IMG/VR virus record: IMGVR_UViG_3300046463_000548 | Span: 64,001-128,000 of that record | DNA length: 64,000 nucleotides | Origin: a virus | Strand: one strand, 5' to 3' | Shown: in pieces, positions 36,892-47,169 of the stretch | Numbering within the stretch: position 1 is the first letter of the stretch | Layout: each line of letters begins with the position of its first letter | Program-made: the position numbers and the translations under genes | The notes under the pieces: model-generated | Told to the model about the DNA's origin: nothing | The model's input: the letters and a program-made list of their open reading frames with translations, nothing else | Databases searched by the model: none

Positions 36892-37599
36892 TCAGTCCAG
36901 TTGTTCAGACTCTTCGCTGATTGGTTTTCGTTTAGGCTTCGACGTTACCGGCTGCGGCTGCGTTGATGCTGATCGGCGCTCCGGTTCTGTTGGGTGGAGT
37001 ATCATCACTTCCTTTTTGGGAGTGATCGAGCCGACGAGTTCAGGAACGAGCGTTTCCGGCACGCCCATGTATTTCGCGATGAACTGTGCCATCCGGTAGC
37101 CGTGTGCGTACCGCATCATTTTTTCGAACTGCGCGAACGGCTCCTGATCAATAGGGGCGTCCAGTGTTCGCTGAAGCACGTCCATCGCCTGCGTGGTGCC
37201 CGCACTGACAGCCAGCACCTTGGGACCCATTTCCTTCGTGAAGAAGGAATAGACCTTTTCAATGTTGGGCGTCAGCTTAGGCGGCAGTTCCTTCGCGTAC
37301 AGCTTGAGCTTCTTTTCAACTTCGCCGTTCACCACTTCCAGAGTGGTTGGTTGCACGCCTTGTTTAAGCGTATCCACCGACTCAGCGAACGATGGGCTTA
37401 GATGAAAAAAGAAGCGCGAGCGTTTCTTTTGCTGCTTGTTCTTTTCGGGCTTTGGTTTGCGCTTCGGGGCAGGGTCATCTGCAGCACGCTTCGCTGACGG
37501 CGTTGCGTACGCAATGTTAGCAATGGCCGAAAGCACGTCATCTGCATCCTGCTCCTGCTTCCTTGTCTGAAGAACCAAATAACTGCTGCTTCCGGCCAT
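36892..37599 (-). CDS. hypothetical protein directly upstream of terL
   Basis: ORF tightly packed between recA-like and terL genes. Confidence 0.65.
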   Translation of the reverse strand: MAGSSSYLVLQTRKQEQDADDVLSAIANIAYATPSAKRAADDPAPKRKPKPEKNKQQKKRSRFFFHLSPSFAESVDTLKQGVQPTTLEVVNGEVEKKLKLYAKELPPKLTPNIEKVYSFFTKEMGPKVLAVSAGTTQAMDVLQRTLDAPIDQEPFAQFEKMMRYAHGYRMAQFIAKYMGVPETLVPELVGSITPKKEVMILHPTEPERRSASTQPQPVTSKPKRKPISEESEQLD

Positions 37600-37604
37600 T
37601 TCGT

Positions 37605-39023
37605 TTATTCCTCGTCGCTCTCTGCGGTCTTGCCAGCCTGACGTGTCAGGCTGAACAGTTCTTCTGCCTTGCCGGACCGCATCTGTTTGAAACAGTATTT
37701 CCGCAAGTCAAACGGCTTGTAGCCGAGTTGATTACAGATTTCCGTTTTCTGTGCCTTGTCGCCCAGAATCCATTGCTTCAGAGTCAGCCAATGAACAGGC
37801 TTGGCTGTCGGTCCAAAACCGTCGATGTTGACCTTCAGCTTCTTGCGGTCGTTACCGACAATCTGTCCCGTCAACTGCATGTAGTACAGCGTGTCGAACA
37901 CAGGATCGATACCGCGAGCCTCACCCTTTTGGTCTTCAACCCAAAGGCGAATCCAGACCTTGCGATCTGGTAGCGAAAGCTTGTTCTTCTTGTTCTGGAT
38001 ACGCACGTAGCGGTAGCGGTCCACGCCTTTACCATCGGCAGACTTCTCGATTTCGCGGCGCTCTTCCTTGTCCAACTGACCATTGAACGGAAAGCCTGAG
38101 GTCAGCGACGTGAACCATGAGCGCGCGTCACTGTAAAACTTGAGCGCGTTACCGCACGCTTCCTTTTCCTTCGGTCCATACATGGCCATCGGAATTTCGC
38201 GCAACTGGTTCAGGCCGTACAGCGCGACCATCTTGTCAGCCATGCGCGCCTTGATCCGGGGCAGGTGCTTTGCGTAGAATCGTGCGTGAACACCCAGCGA
38301 GTTATCTACTTCTTCCTCGTCGTTCGAATCCGGATTCAGCGCAGGCCACGAGTCCATAATGATCAGGCCCTGGAGTTTGCCGTCTTTGGCTTTAACCCAC
38401 AGACCCTTACCGTATTTCCGGCGCATGGTTGCATCTGCAACATCGCCTACCATCGCTTTGTGTTTCTTGTTGTCCTCATCGAACACGAGCCACCACTCAT
38501 CACCAACGTAGCGCTTGTCCGGTAGCATCTTCAGCGTCGAGTGAAACCAGTTGAAGAACCGTTCGCCAGACTTCGGGCTCATGTAACGAACGCGAGGTGT
38601 GATCACCCACTTGCCGCTGGTCTTGTCCTTCTTGCCGAAGAGTTGGTCGGTCGTGAGGTTCACGCCCATCGTGCGCAGAATGTTCGACACGTACGGAATC
38701 GAATTGCGCGTTGAGCCTTCTGCGTCGGCAAAGACGATCATGTCGATGTTTTCCTGCACGGCCGATGCCATCACGTTCACTGCCGCAGTCGTCTTCGATG
38801 ACTGCTCGAAGCCCGCGCCACCGTACATTGCCGGACGGACACCGCCACCCAACAGGTGGTCATAACACAGCAGGCCGGTTGACATCGGCTCCGAGACATC
38901 ATTGATGTCTGTATCGAGACCTTGCCGAGCACCGACCTCGTCAAGCGTGTCGTTGATCATCCCCGAAATATCGAAGTATGATGTTTCCTGTGTTGCTTCT
39001 TTCGCAACTTTTTTCGTCGCCAT
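37605..39023 (-). CDS. uvsX: RecA/UvsX-like recombinase
   Basis: STG...D.LLGGG, GFEQSSKTT, DAEG, IIMDS, NQLRE, GNALKFYSD.R. Confidence 0.9.
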   Translation of the reverse strand: MATKKVAKEATQETSYFDISGMINDTLDEVGARQGLDTDINDVSEPMSTGLLCYDHLLGGGVRPAMYGGAGFEQSSKTTAAVNVMASAVQENIDMIVFADAEGSTRNSIPYVSNILRTMGVNLTTDQLFGKKDKTSGKWVITPRVRYMSPKSGERFFNWFHSTLKMLPDKRYVGDEWWLVFDEDNKKHKAMVGDVADATMRRKYGKGLWVKAKDGKLQGLIIMDSWPALNPDSNDEEEVDNSLGVHARFYAKHLPRIKARMADKMVALYGLNQLREIPMAMYGPKEKEACGNALKFYSDARSWFTSLTSGFPFNGQLDKEERREIEKSADGKGVDRYRYVRIQNKKNKLSLPDRKVWIRLWVEDQKGEARGIDPVFDTLYYMQLTGQIVGNDRKKLKVNIDGFGPTAKPVHWLTLKQWILGDKAQKTEICNQLGYKPFDLRKYCFKQMRSGKAEELFSLTRQAGKTAESDEE

Positions 39024-39047
39024 TCAATGCACCTGAGTTTGGGGTAC

Positions 39048-39088
39048 AAAAGAAAAGGCCCGCAGCCCTCAAGAGAGGGTCACGGGCC
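39048..39088 (-). terminator. rho-independent terminator after SSB-like gene
   Basis: GGCCCG...CGGGCC then TTTTCTTTT on - strand. Confidence 0.7.
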
Positions 39089-39112
39089 GGGTTTCAATCG
39101 AGGGACTAACGA

Positions 39113-40618
39113 TCAATCGTCTAGGTCGTCGTCATCCTCATCACGGGCAGGCTTACGCTTCGAACTGCGCTTAGGAGCGGGTTCGTCGTCTTCATCTTCA
39201 TCCGGATCGGGACGGCGTTTCTTCGAGGTGCGCTTCGGTGCCGGTTCGTCGTCTTCGTCTTCGTCATCGCGGGACGCTTTGCCACGCTTCTTGGGCGGCT
39301 CGTCGTCTTCATCTTCGTCGTCTTCATCCGGATCAGGGCGACGCTTCTTGTTCGACTTCGACTTGGCGCTCACGCCTTCGTCGTCCTCGTCTTCGTCTGA
39401 ATCGTCATCCCCGTCATCGTCGTCTTCCTCAGAGGCACGTTTTGAGCGACCCTTGGCTGAACTGGCGCTGCTTGTGCCGGTCTTGCCTTTGCCACGACGC
39501 GGTTCATCGTCATCATCGTCTTGATCGTCATCGTCTTCATCCTCATCGCGCGATGATTTCGAACCACGCTTCTTGGGCGGCTCATCCTCATCGTCCAGAT
39601 CGTCGTCATCGTCATCACGCGACGGCTTACCGCGCTTTTTCGAAGCGGGTTCGTCGTCGTCATCCTCATCCTCATCCGGGTCGGGGCGGCGCTTGCTGCT
39701 ACGCTTGGGGCGATCTTCTTCGTCCTCGTCTTCATCTTCGTCAGATGAACGACGCTTGCTGCGCTTCGGCTGCTCGTCCTCGTCGTCCTCGTCTTCGTCA
39801 CGCTTCTTCGAACGTTGCTTGCGCTTCGGTTCGTCATCGAGTTCGATACCGGCGCGTTTGCAGAACCCTTCAAAGTCGCGCTTGACTTCTTCGTCGGTCT
39901 GCTCGGTGACCAGATTCGACGTGTCGTAGCGGAGAAGTGCCAGTTCTTCTTCGGTCAGCGGCGTGCGCTCGCCCAACTGAATCTGATACTGATCAGCCGG
40001 TGACTTCTCACCGTCGTAATAGATGCGAACATCGCAACCGTATGCTTCGTCGGCAACGCTGTAGGCTTTGCTACCTGACTTCTTCGAACGAACGACGTTC
40101 AGCCCCTTGAGTTCCTTCACCTTCTCAACGAGTGAAGGGGGCATTGCAAACACCGTCCATGGCGTCCACGTGTCCGAATCCTTGTCCTTGAATCCCGACT
40201 CGCGCTCTGCACGCGTGGGCTTCGTCAGAGTTGACGGAGCCTGACGTTGTGCCGAGCGCAACAGGAAGTCCGCATAGAACTTCTTGTTGATCTGGATCGT
40301 CATCTTCTCTTTCGCTACACCCTCGTCCTTCTCTTTCTGCCAGAGCGCGAACCAAGGATCGTAGATCGTGGAATCGAACGAGCCAGACTGCGGGTCCCAC
40401 GAGCGAAGATTGACCGGGAATTTCCCCTTGCCGCCGCCGTCCTTCTTCTTGTAATTAACCCAGCCGGTTGCATAGCTGTTCAGTCCGCCATACAGTCGCC
40501 CCGTTACCCATTTCTTTTCAGGAAGCTTGAGTAGGTTGACCAGGTCAGTTACCTTGACCTTTTCTGAGCGCGAGTTTGTCTTAGCGTCGTCAAAAGAGAC
40601 GCTTCGTTGCTTAGCCAT
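39113..40618 (-). CDS. ssDNA-binding protein (gp32-like, probable) with ~240 aa D/E-K/R block tail
   Basis: Upstream of UvsX; aromatic-rich folded N-half (D..YGCDV.I.YD....Y); acidic C-terminus DDDDLDD. Confidence 0.65.
   Translation of the reverse strand: MAKQRSVSFDDAKTNSRSEKVKVTDLVNLLKLPEKKWVTGRLYGGLNSYATGWVNYKKKDGGGKGKFPVNLRSWDPQSGSFDSTIYDPWFALWQKEKDEGVAKEKMTIQINKKFYADFLLRSAQRQAPSTLTKPTRAERESGFKDKDSDTWTPWTVFAMPPSLVEKVKELKGLNVVRSKKSGSKAYSVADEAYGCDVRIYYDGEKSPADQYQIQLGERTPLTEEELALLRYDTSNLVTEQTDEEVKRDFEGFCKRAGIELDDEPKRKQRSKKRDEDEDDEDEQPKRSKRRSSDEDEDEDEEDRPKRSSKRRPDPDEDEDDDDEPASKKRGKPSRDDDDDDLDDEDEPPKKRGSKSSRDEDEDDDDQDDDDDEPRRGKGKTGTSSASSAKGRSKRASEEDDDDGDDDSDEDEDDEGVSAKSKSNKKRRPDPDEDDEDEDDEPPKKRGKASRDDEDEDDEPAPKRTSKKRRPDPDEDEDDEPAPKRSSKRKPARDEDDDDLDD
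39120..39840 (-). repeat. low-complexity coding repeats (RRPDPDED x3, PPKKRG/PAPKR, poly-D/E)
   Basis: TCR-rich trinucleotide runs on + strand. Confidence 0.9.
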
Positions 40619-40655
40619 CTGGAAAGTCCTTTGAGGGGAGGGTTACACTATTTAT

Positions 40656-41021
40656 TTACTGCGGAGCAACCGGTTTCATGTGCTCAACACAACTCGTTAA
40701 ATCTCGCAACATGTCCAATAAAATCCGCCGTTGTTCAGCAGCGTCCTGCGTTTGAAGCACAGCGTTGAGAGAGACAACCGTTGCTTGAAGCACTGCCTGC
40801 TGCTGAACGGAGCGCTCATATGCCTTAAGCTTGATTTGCTCAGTGATCAGCGAAACGACGGCGGCCATTTGCTGGTCGTTCAGTTTGTCCATGAGCAGGC
40901 GACCCGCTAGCTCTTCAGCTTGCTTCGCCCGCATCGCATAGTTGGAGACGAGGCTCTTCATCGCAGCTAGCGACAGTTCAAGTGAGGCTTCGCGGCTGTT
41001 GTTGCGTGACTGGAATGTCAT
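40656..41021 (-). CDS. hypothetical coiled-coil protein
   Basis: GGAGG SD, ATGA coupling. Confidence 0.7.
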   Translation of the reverse strand: MTFQSRNNSREASLELSLAAMKSLVSNYAMRAKQAEELAGRLLMDKLNDQQMAAVVSLITEQIKLKAYERSVQQQAVLQATVVSLNAVLQTQDAAEQRRILLDMLRDLTSCVEHMKPVAPQ

Positions 41022-41992
41022 GCATCCTCCAGAACAAACATTCGGAGTATTTCGCGATGCTCAGGACTGACGGTCTCAGGTATGCCCATGGACGCGCGGA
41101 GTATCCCCAGAGGGTCGAGCGGCTTCGTGATGTGCGCAACGTGCTCGATCAACTCTGAGGAAGTGTCTTGCTCGCAGTAGCCGATTACGTCTGAGACGGA
41201 ATCTCCAAGCTCTTCAACCAGAGACTCATACGACTGATCGTTCTGTGTCTTGGCTAACTCAGCTACTTCGGATCGGCCGCTCTTAAACCAGTTCTGAATG
41301 AACGTCGTGAGAACACCCTGACGCGCGTCGCACCGGTCAATCGCCCGCGATGTCACCATGAGATAAATCTGCACAATGTCATCGAGCTTGATGTAGTGGT
41401 TGTAGTCCTTGTACGTGGCTTGGGCGGAGTTCAGCGCCAACCGGTAATACTTCTCGGTGATCATCTCCTTCCACTTTTGCGCCTTCTCATACCAGTACTT
41501 GACCTGGAGAATGCAGTTGTAGAGTGAGCCGCCCGTGCGCAGACCAACGGCGCGTTCCATCTGCCACATTTTCGATTTGCGGATCGTCGTGTCCATCTCG
41601 ACAAACGGCGAATGCAGCTTCTCGTAGCCTGCCAGGCAGCGTAGGAAGACCAGGATCAATCCGAATGACAGACCACGGTTCAGGAACATCTTCTTCGCGT
41701 GCTCGCGCGCCTTAACCGTATCCTGCGTTGTCACCAGATTGAAGAGATGGATGGGCAGCTTCGAGCGGTCGTCGCTGGAAAACTTGGTGCTCGATTTGAG
41801 CGTCTGGTTGGAGACAACCTTAGCGATGTAGTTATTGAAGAAAGCTGGACACTCATCGTGTATCGGGGATAGCGCGTTCCATAGGAACATGTCCAGCGTC
41901 TGCAAATATTCCAAGCTGAGAAGATTCTTTTCGATCTTCTCCCGTATGTTCTTCAGCTTGGAAAATGATTCTGAATGTTCATAGTCCTTCAT
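41018..41992 (-). CDS. phage sigma-70-like transcription factor
   Basis: Region-2-like RLA...DDIVQ......RAIDRCDARQG.LTTFIQNWFK. Confidence 0.7.
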   Translation of the reverse strand: MKDYEHSESFSKLKNIREKIEKNLLSLEYLQTLDMFLWNALSPIHDECPAFFNNYIAKVVSNQTLKSSTKFSSDDRSKLPIHLFNLVTTQDTVKAREHAKKMFLNRGLSFGLILVFLRCLAGYEKLHSPFVEMDTTIRKSKMWQMERAVGLRTGGSLYNCILQVKYWYEKAQKWKEMITEKYYRLALNSAQATYKDYNHYIKLDDIVQIYLMVTSRAIDRCDARQGVLTTFIQNWFKSGRSEVAELAKTQNDQSYESLVEELGDSVSDVIGYCEQDTSSELIEHVAHITKPLDPLGILRASMGIPETVSPEHREILRMFVLEDA

Positions 41993-42819
41993 TTTCTACC
42001 TTTCGATGCCGGACCACGGTTCGCGCGTCCCGGTGCGGATTTCGAGCTTGGCGCTCGCATTGCTGCGGGTGGCGGTTTCACGGCTACGGGCTTCGGTGCT
42101 GTTCTGGGGGCAGTCATCATCGCAGGGGGTGCTGAGCGCGGAGGCTGCGACTTAACGGCTGGTGATTTCTTCGCTGGCGGGTTCTGCATTGACTTCGGAA
42201 GCGTGGATTGTTTCTTGCCCGGTTTCACTGAACGCTGAACATTCTTCGGCGTGTTGATCTTCACGGGCTTGATCAGTTGCTCCTTGCGTTTGCGTTCTTC
42301 CTCTTCCTTCCGGCGCTTCAACTCGGAAGGCGGAACCTGAATCTCAGGCACACCGATGGGCGACTGGCCCTTCTTAGGAGGCTTCGGTCTTGGCAACTGA
42401 TCTTTGATCTTGTTGTACAGAGCAACAAGGTGCTTGCACTGAGCGGGCCGCATTTGTGGGTTGCGGATCACTGGCAGTTCGCCGTTCGAATATTCGATGT
42501 CGGCCGCCTGCTTGTGATTCAACGCGACTTCCCAACGGTATTTGAAGTCAGCACACGAGCACGAAACAATCACGTGTAGATACGTGTCGAGAAAGATGAT
42601 GACGGTCACGTACCGGTTTGGCTTTCCGTTCTTGCCCGTCTTGTTCTTTACGAATTTCTGCTTGTAGTGATCCCAGACCTTTGTTGAGTAGGATGCGGAG
42701 GCAACATAGCCACGTCCCAGCGAATCCCAGCCCTTTTTCTGGTGCACGATCTTTACGTACTTTGCAGACTCGTGGCGACGTTTGTTAACTCTTTTGACAA
42801 TCTGGGGCAGCGTTAGCAT
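41989..42819 (-). CDS. SWIM zinc-finger protein with K/P-rich tail
   Basis: SCSCADF...CKHLVAL. Confidence 0.8.
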   Translation of the reverse strand: MLTLPQIVKRVNKRRHESAKYVKIVHQKKGWDSLGRGYVASASYSTKVWDHYKQKFVKNKTGKNGKPNRYVTVIIFLDTYLHVIVSCSCADFKYRWEVALNHKQAADIEYSNGELPVIRNPQMRPAQCKHLVALYNKIKDQLPRPKPPKKGQSPIGVPEIQVPPSELKRRKEEEERKRKEQLIKPVKINTPKNVQRSVKPGKKQSTLPKSMQNPPAKKSPAVKSQPPRSAPPAMMTAPRTAPKPVAVKPPPAAMRAPSSKSAPGRANRGPASKGRK

Positions 42820-42846
42820 AGTTACCTCTAATGCCTTATGTAGAAC

Positions 42847-42854
42847 ATCAAATT
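42847..42854 (-). promoter_or_regulatory. putative phage promoter motif AATTTGAT
   Basis: About 28 nt upstream of SWIM gene start. Confidence 0.45.
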
Positions 42855-42874
42855 ACGCTGCCCCGTGCTTCGCT

Positions 42875-43936
42875 CTATGCTTCGTACAAGAAGGTTGTGC
42901 CTCCGACAAGTTTGCGATTCGCAGACGTTGACTGAACAAAAACCGTGTACTTGCTTGTATCAAAACCTGCATCCCGTGGATTCAGATTGATAGATGCACC
43001 ATGGGGCAGACCCAACACCTCACGAGCAGCCGCACCCTCGAACAGGTCACCGGTCTCGCGGTCGAGAATCAGGACTTCTTTCGATGCCTGAATCGTTTCG
43101 CGCTTGGTGAATTCGTAGAAGCCACGACCGATCTTGAAAACAAGGCCGTTATCGAGCACGAACTCCTTGATAGCTCGGTCTGTCGTGACTGGAATGCGTT
43201 GGAATCGCGATGGGTCTGTAGCACGGGCATCGACCGAAGCGAACGTGCCGGTTGCCGGATCACGCTTCATCACCTTGTCGAAGATCGCGGACAGCGAACG
43301 GGTCATGCGCTTTTCGGCTACGACTTCGGCCTCGTACGTCTGTACCGCTTCCGGACTCACCTGGCTGTAGGCAAGCGCAACCAGCATTTCCGTCGCTTCG
43401 CTAAACTGCGAGAGACGCAGGTGGGCACCACCAGTTGTCGCTGCAATCGTCTGGTAGAAAGATTCGGCGTACCGGTTGTTGAGAGCCTGCACGCCGTGGA
43501 TCACGACACCCAGATCGAGCAGCGCTTTCGCTTCGGCTCTCCAGTCGATATGTCCAGGGTTATGCGCAAGCATGTGCGGCACATCGTCCCCGATCATGAT
43601 CAACAGACGACGCGAGTCGGGCGTCCACTGCATTTTCGTGCGGGCCTCTTGAAGCACCAGTTCGTAGCATTCGGGCGCGTCACCGCCGTGGGTAGCTTCG
43701 ACGTTCTTGACGAAATATGAAACGGCGTTCGGATCGTTCGTCAGTTGCAGGTGCTTCGTCACGTAGGTCCGACCCGCGTCGCAGTAGTCACCGTGCGCGA
43801 TGATGCCAACGCGCAGATTGGGAACTTCCTTGAACAGCCGGGTAGCAGTCGCGTCCACACGACGGCGCACCTCAGACAGGCACGGGTACATTGAACCCGT
43901 TGTATCGAAGCTCAGAACAATGTCAATCGGTTGCAT
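42875..43936 (-). CDS. von Willebrand factor A domain protein
   Basis: MIDAS-like FDTTGSM; GGDAPECYE; IGDD.PH. Confidence 0.88.
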   Translation of the reverse strand: MQPIDIVLSFDTTGSMYPCLSEVRRRVDATATRLFKEVPNLRVGIIAHGDYCDAGRTYVTKHLQLTNDPNAVSYFVKNVEATHGGDAPECYELVLQEARTKMQWTPDSRRLLIMIGDDVPHMLAHNPGHIDWRAEAKALLDLGVVIHGVQALNNRYAESFYQTIAATTGGAHLRLSQFSEATEMLVALAYSQVSPEAVQTYEAEVVAEKRMTRSLSAIFDKVMKRDPATGTFASVDARATDPSRFQRIPVTTDRAIKEFVLDNGLVFKIGRGFYEFTKRETIQASKEVLILDRETGDLFEGAAAREVLGLPHGASINLNPRDAGFDTSKYTVFVQSTSANRKLVGGTTFLYEA

Positions 43937-44145
43937 TTATTCTCCAGGGAAGGGAGTTCGATCAGAACAGGCGGAAGAACACGCCGAACCACAGCATGCA
44001 AATTGTGTAGAAGCGCATCAGATGACCCTCACATGCTTGTAGATAAACGCGCAGGCCGCGCCTATCTGCTGCCCACACGACCAGATACCGCTGATCCCCG
44101 ACCATAAGATCACGGCGAGGATCAGCCCCCGCTGAATATGGCGCT

Positions 44146-45087
44146 TCATTTCGCTGTCCCGTAAAGAGCCACGGTCTTGCCGTACACTTGGCGCATCGCC
44201 TGGATCGAGCCAAGACGCTCCAAGATGTCGCGGTGCTGGAACCAGCCGCCTGTGAAGTTGCGGCAGGAGCCGTTAACCTCCGCACCGTATGCTTGGTGCT
44301 CGGTCGGTGAGGCGTGAAGTGGCTTGGACTCAACGAGCCGCTCATAGAGCGCAATATCTGAATCGCGCGAGGGATTTTTCTTGTCGTGAGTCAGATACGA
44401 AACGCGTGCGCAGCGTGCGGCCGACATCGCCAAAAGGTCACTGACGGGAACATGCATACGCTCTTCGAGCGAGATGTATGGCAGGTGCCAGTTGCGTGCG
44501 TCGGAGCCGTTTGATGCGTATTTCACGACGCGCGGCTTTGACGCTTCGTAGGCCGTGATCATCGTGTGTGCCAGGTCTTGAATGTCCGGCTGCGCGTCTT
44601 CGTGGTCACGCAGTTCGTACCAGTTCTCCCATTCCGTAGCGGTAGCTACGACAGAGATTCGGGAATACGGCTCCAGATGTCGATTCACGATCTGTTTGTG
44701 GTAACCGGCTTCTGAGAACGCTTCAGCCCAGTTAGCAGAGTGCGCGGCTGCACGGTCCCACGCTTCCTCGCGGGTCAGGAGTTCGCCCGTCATCGGATCG
44801 GCCACGAGGTTAGTGCACTCTTCGTGTGCTTGCATACCCGGTTGGTTCTTCCCCCAGTGCACGGGCTTTGCCGCATCCGTGCGTACTTCTTCGAGCAGCT
44901 TCGCAGTCGGGATGGCCCGCGACGAGGAAGCATTGCGCGAGAAGACTCGGTGAGTTAAGAACTCCGCATGGACGGCACGCCAGTAGCGTAGCTGGAACGT
45001 GAGCAGTTCTTTGCCGGTGTGTCCGTTGATCGAGTGTTCGATGACTGATACGAGTGCGGCTTTGCCTTGGAAGGTTTGATAGTTCAT
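44146..45087 (-). CDS. thyX: flavin-dependent thymidylate synthase
   Basis: THRVFSRNASSSRAIP, HKQIVNR.LEP, RCARVSY, HASPTEH. Confidence 0.9.
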   Translation of the reverse strand: MNYQTFQGKAALVSVIEHSINGHTGKELLTFQLRYWRAVHAEFLTHRVFSRNASSSRAIPTAKLLEEVRTDAAKPVHWGKNQPGMQAHEECTNLVADPMTGELLTREEAWDRAAAHSANWAEAFSEAGYHKQIVNRHLEPYSRISVVATATEWENWYELRDHEDAQPDIQDLAHTMITAYEASKPRVVKYASNGSDARNWHLPYISLEERMHVPVSDLLAMSAARCARVSYLTHDKKNPSRDSDIALYERLVESKPLHASPTEHQAYGAEVNGSCRNFTGGWFQHRDILERLGSIQAMRQVYGKTVALYGTAK

Positions 45088-46445
45088 TTCTTCTCTTTGT
45101 TGAACAAGTTTTGAGTTTTGGTTTCAGCCGTTTTTCGAGCGTGCTTGATCCGGGCCCGTGAAATCTCGACGTACTCTGGCGTCATGTCGATACCCGCGAA
45201 TTTGAAACCTTCGAGCATGCAGGCTTTGCCCGTCGAACCTGAGCCCATGAAGGGGTCAAGCACAATTCCGTTGGGTGGAGTTACGAGTCGGACCAGATAT
45301 CGCATCAAGTCTGTAGGCTTGACTGTGGGGTGAATATTGGCTCTTGGAAGATTCGGATTTTTAGCCGCATCTTTTGACCACCCACCGCCCCCGCCGTCCT
45401 TACTAGCTATGTGTGCCTTGGACTTCTTTTCAAAACTTTCCAGTCCGTCGTCACGATCTTTCTTTGATGCCTTGGCGCAGTAGAAGAACCGTGCGGCTGA
45501 CCCGCTGTCCGCATGAAAGGCACCCGCCACACGCTCCCGAACACCCGTAACGTTTCCGACACTTGCTCTGCTTTTCTCAGTTCCACGTACGGGGGCTGCC
45601 GCACCGCGCTCTCCAAACTTGGCGAATGCTTCTACCACTTCATCTGAACCATCGTGGATGATGTTAGCGGGCCATCTTCCGAGGTTTGAAGGGCCTTCGC
45701 GGTCTACGGTGTCACCTTGCTGTCCTGGCACCGCCGTCAGCTTCTTGGAGGGTCCTCCCCAACCGGGGGTACCTATCTTCGGCGCAATACCTTGGGGCCA
45801 ACCAACACGACACGCATCAACGTTCACAGCACCCGTTCTGTGCGTCAGCACATTGTTAGCTACTGTTCCTTTGAAAGGTTTGCGCGCAACACAGATGGGC
45901 TCGTGTGCCGGTTTAAGTGCGGTGCCCCACCCGTCCCATTCTTTTGCTTCATCGGTTGCGGCTGCTGTAATTTTGAGCGTTTGCGCGCCACGCATTGATT
46001 CAGTCCAGACATCTTGTGCGAACGTGCCAGCCCCGCCTATCCCAGCGCCTTTTCGGGTGCCGATAACTTTGCGTTCAGCACCGGCTGCTTTGTCCAGAGC
46101 CTTTCCAACATTCTGCGATTTTGGAAACCCACTTCCGTAAAGCCACATAATCTGGTCACGAATTTCGAAACCCGCATCTTCGATTGCGCACACCATCCGA
46201 TGGTAGGTACGCGATCCGCTGAACGCTAGAAGATGTCCACCCGGTTTCAGAACTCGAAGTGCTTCTTTCCACAGATCGACGTTGTTGGCTATCCCCGATT
46301 TGTCCCAACCTTTTCCCATGAATCCGAGTTCGTACGGCGGATCACAAACTATCGAATGCACGGAGTTAGAGGGTATGGTTTTTAGAACTTGTTCGGACTT
46401 CCCCAGGAACAACTGATATCTTGAACACTTATACTTTGGTTTCAT
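45084..46445 (-). CDS. amino (N6-adenine/N4-cytosine) DNA methyltransferase, beta class
   Basis: DPPY; HPTVKP; LDPFMGSGSTG; start re-called at MKPKY. Confidence 0.92.
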   Translation of the reverse strand: MKPKYKCSRYQLFLGKSEQVLKTIPSNSVHSIVCDPPYELGFMGKGWDKSGIANNVDLWKEALRVLKPGGHLLAFSGSRTYHRMVCAIEDAGFEIRDQIMWLYGSGFPKSQNVGKALDKAAGAERKVIGTRKGAGIGGAGTFAQDVWTESMRGAQTLKITAAATDEAKEWDGWGTALKPAHEPICVARKPFKGTVANNVLTHRTGAVNVDACRVGWPQGIAPKIGTPGWGGPSKKLTAVPGQQGDTVDREGPSNLGRWPANIIHDGSDEVVEAFAKFGERGAAAPVRGTEKSRASVGNVTGVRERVAGAFHADSGSAARFFYCAKASKKDRDDGLESFEKKSKAHIASKDGGGGGWSKDAAKNPNLPRANIHPTVKPTDLMRYLVRLVTPPNGIVLDPFMGSGSTGKACMLEGFKFAGIDMTPEYVEISRARIKHARKTAETKTQNLFNKEKK

Positions 46446-47169
46446 ATTCGAACGGCTGGAGTAGGTCTGGTTGGACCACGATGAACTGCGCACGCGACGA
46501 GTCAGAGCCCGGGTTCTCATTCACCCACTGCATGTTTCTGTCCAGTGCCATATCCGTGAAGATCAGGCGACCGTGAACCTCCAGGATCAGGCCAACCTTC
46601 TTGAACTGAGCGGGAGGGACAATCGCGTCCTTTTGGAACGTCTCGAAGTCATCGCTCAGAAGCTGAGCGGTGCTTGCGTCAACCACAATGTGCTGCACTT
46701 CGGGCATCGATATACGCTTGAGGAACTCGTCTGTCGTCGTGAAGTCGAGCCGTTTCACGTTTGCCGGGAAATGTTTGTAGCGGTAATGCTGTCTATGGCT
46801 CATAATTTCCTCGTAGTGGTCAACGCTTAAGAGCCAGTCACCTTCTTTTTCAAGCCGCCTGATGGGAAACACGCCACGAAATGCGAAACCGTCCACCAGG
46901 AAATCAAGCTTGGCCTGATAGGTAATCTCACCGAGTCGGTGGCCCATGAAGTAACTGAGCAGACACTCCAGGTGTTGAACAACGTTTCGATCTAGAGGGT
47001 CGAAATTGATAACGACTGTTTTATCCCGCGCAGGGTGTTGAAACGGAAGGGGCCGTCTGAACGCAACTAACTCGGAGGTCCCAAGCATCAAACCTAGAAC
47101 GCCTCCGCGCAGTTCGTAGCCTTCTTCAAATGCTTGTTCCGGTTGGTCCGGTAATCTGACTAGGCGCAT
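46429..47169 (-). CDS. hypothetical protein
   Basis: ORF in array. Confidence 0.65.
   Translation of the reverse strand: MRLVRLPDQPEQAFEEGYELRGGVLGLMLGTSELVAFRRPLPFQHPARDKTVVINFDPLDRNVVQHLECLLSYFMGHRLGEITYQAKLDFLVDGFAFRGVFPIRRLEKEGDWLLSVDHYEEIMSHRQHYRYKHFPANVKRLDFTTTDEFLKRISMPEVQHIVVDASTAQLLSDDFETFQKDAIVPPAQFKKVGLILEVHGRLIFTDMALDRNMQWVNENPGSDSSRAQFIVVQPDLLQPFEYETKV

Noticed and set aside
39027-39929. Long Ser-rich or Arg-rich ORFs overlapping the SSB-like tail
   Set aside because: Shadow frames of the low-complexity Asp/Glu codons
43962-44354. 130-aa ORF overlapping the thyX 3' end
   Set aside because: Mostly an alternative frame of thyX; only a ~47-codon tail could be a real gene and support is weak
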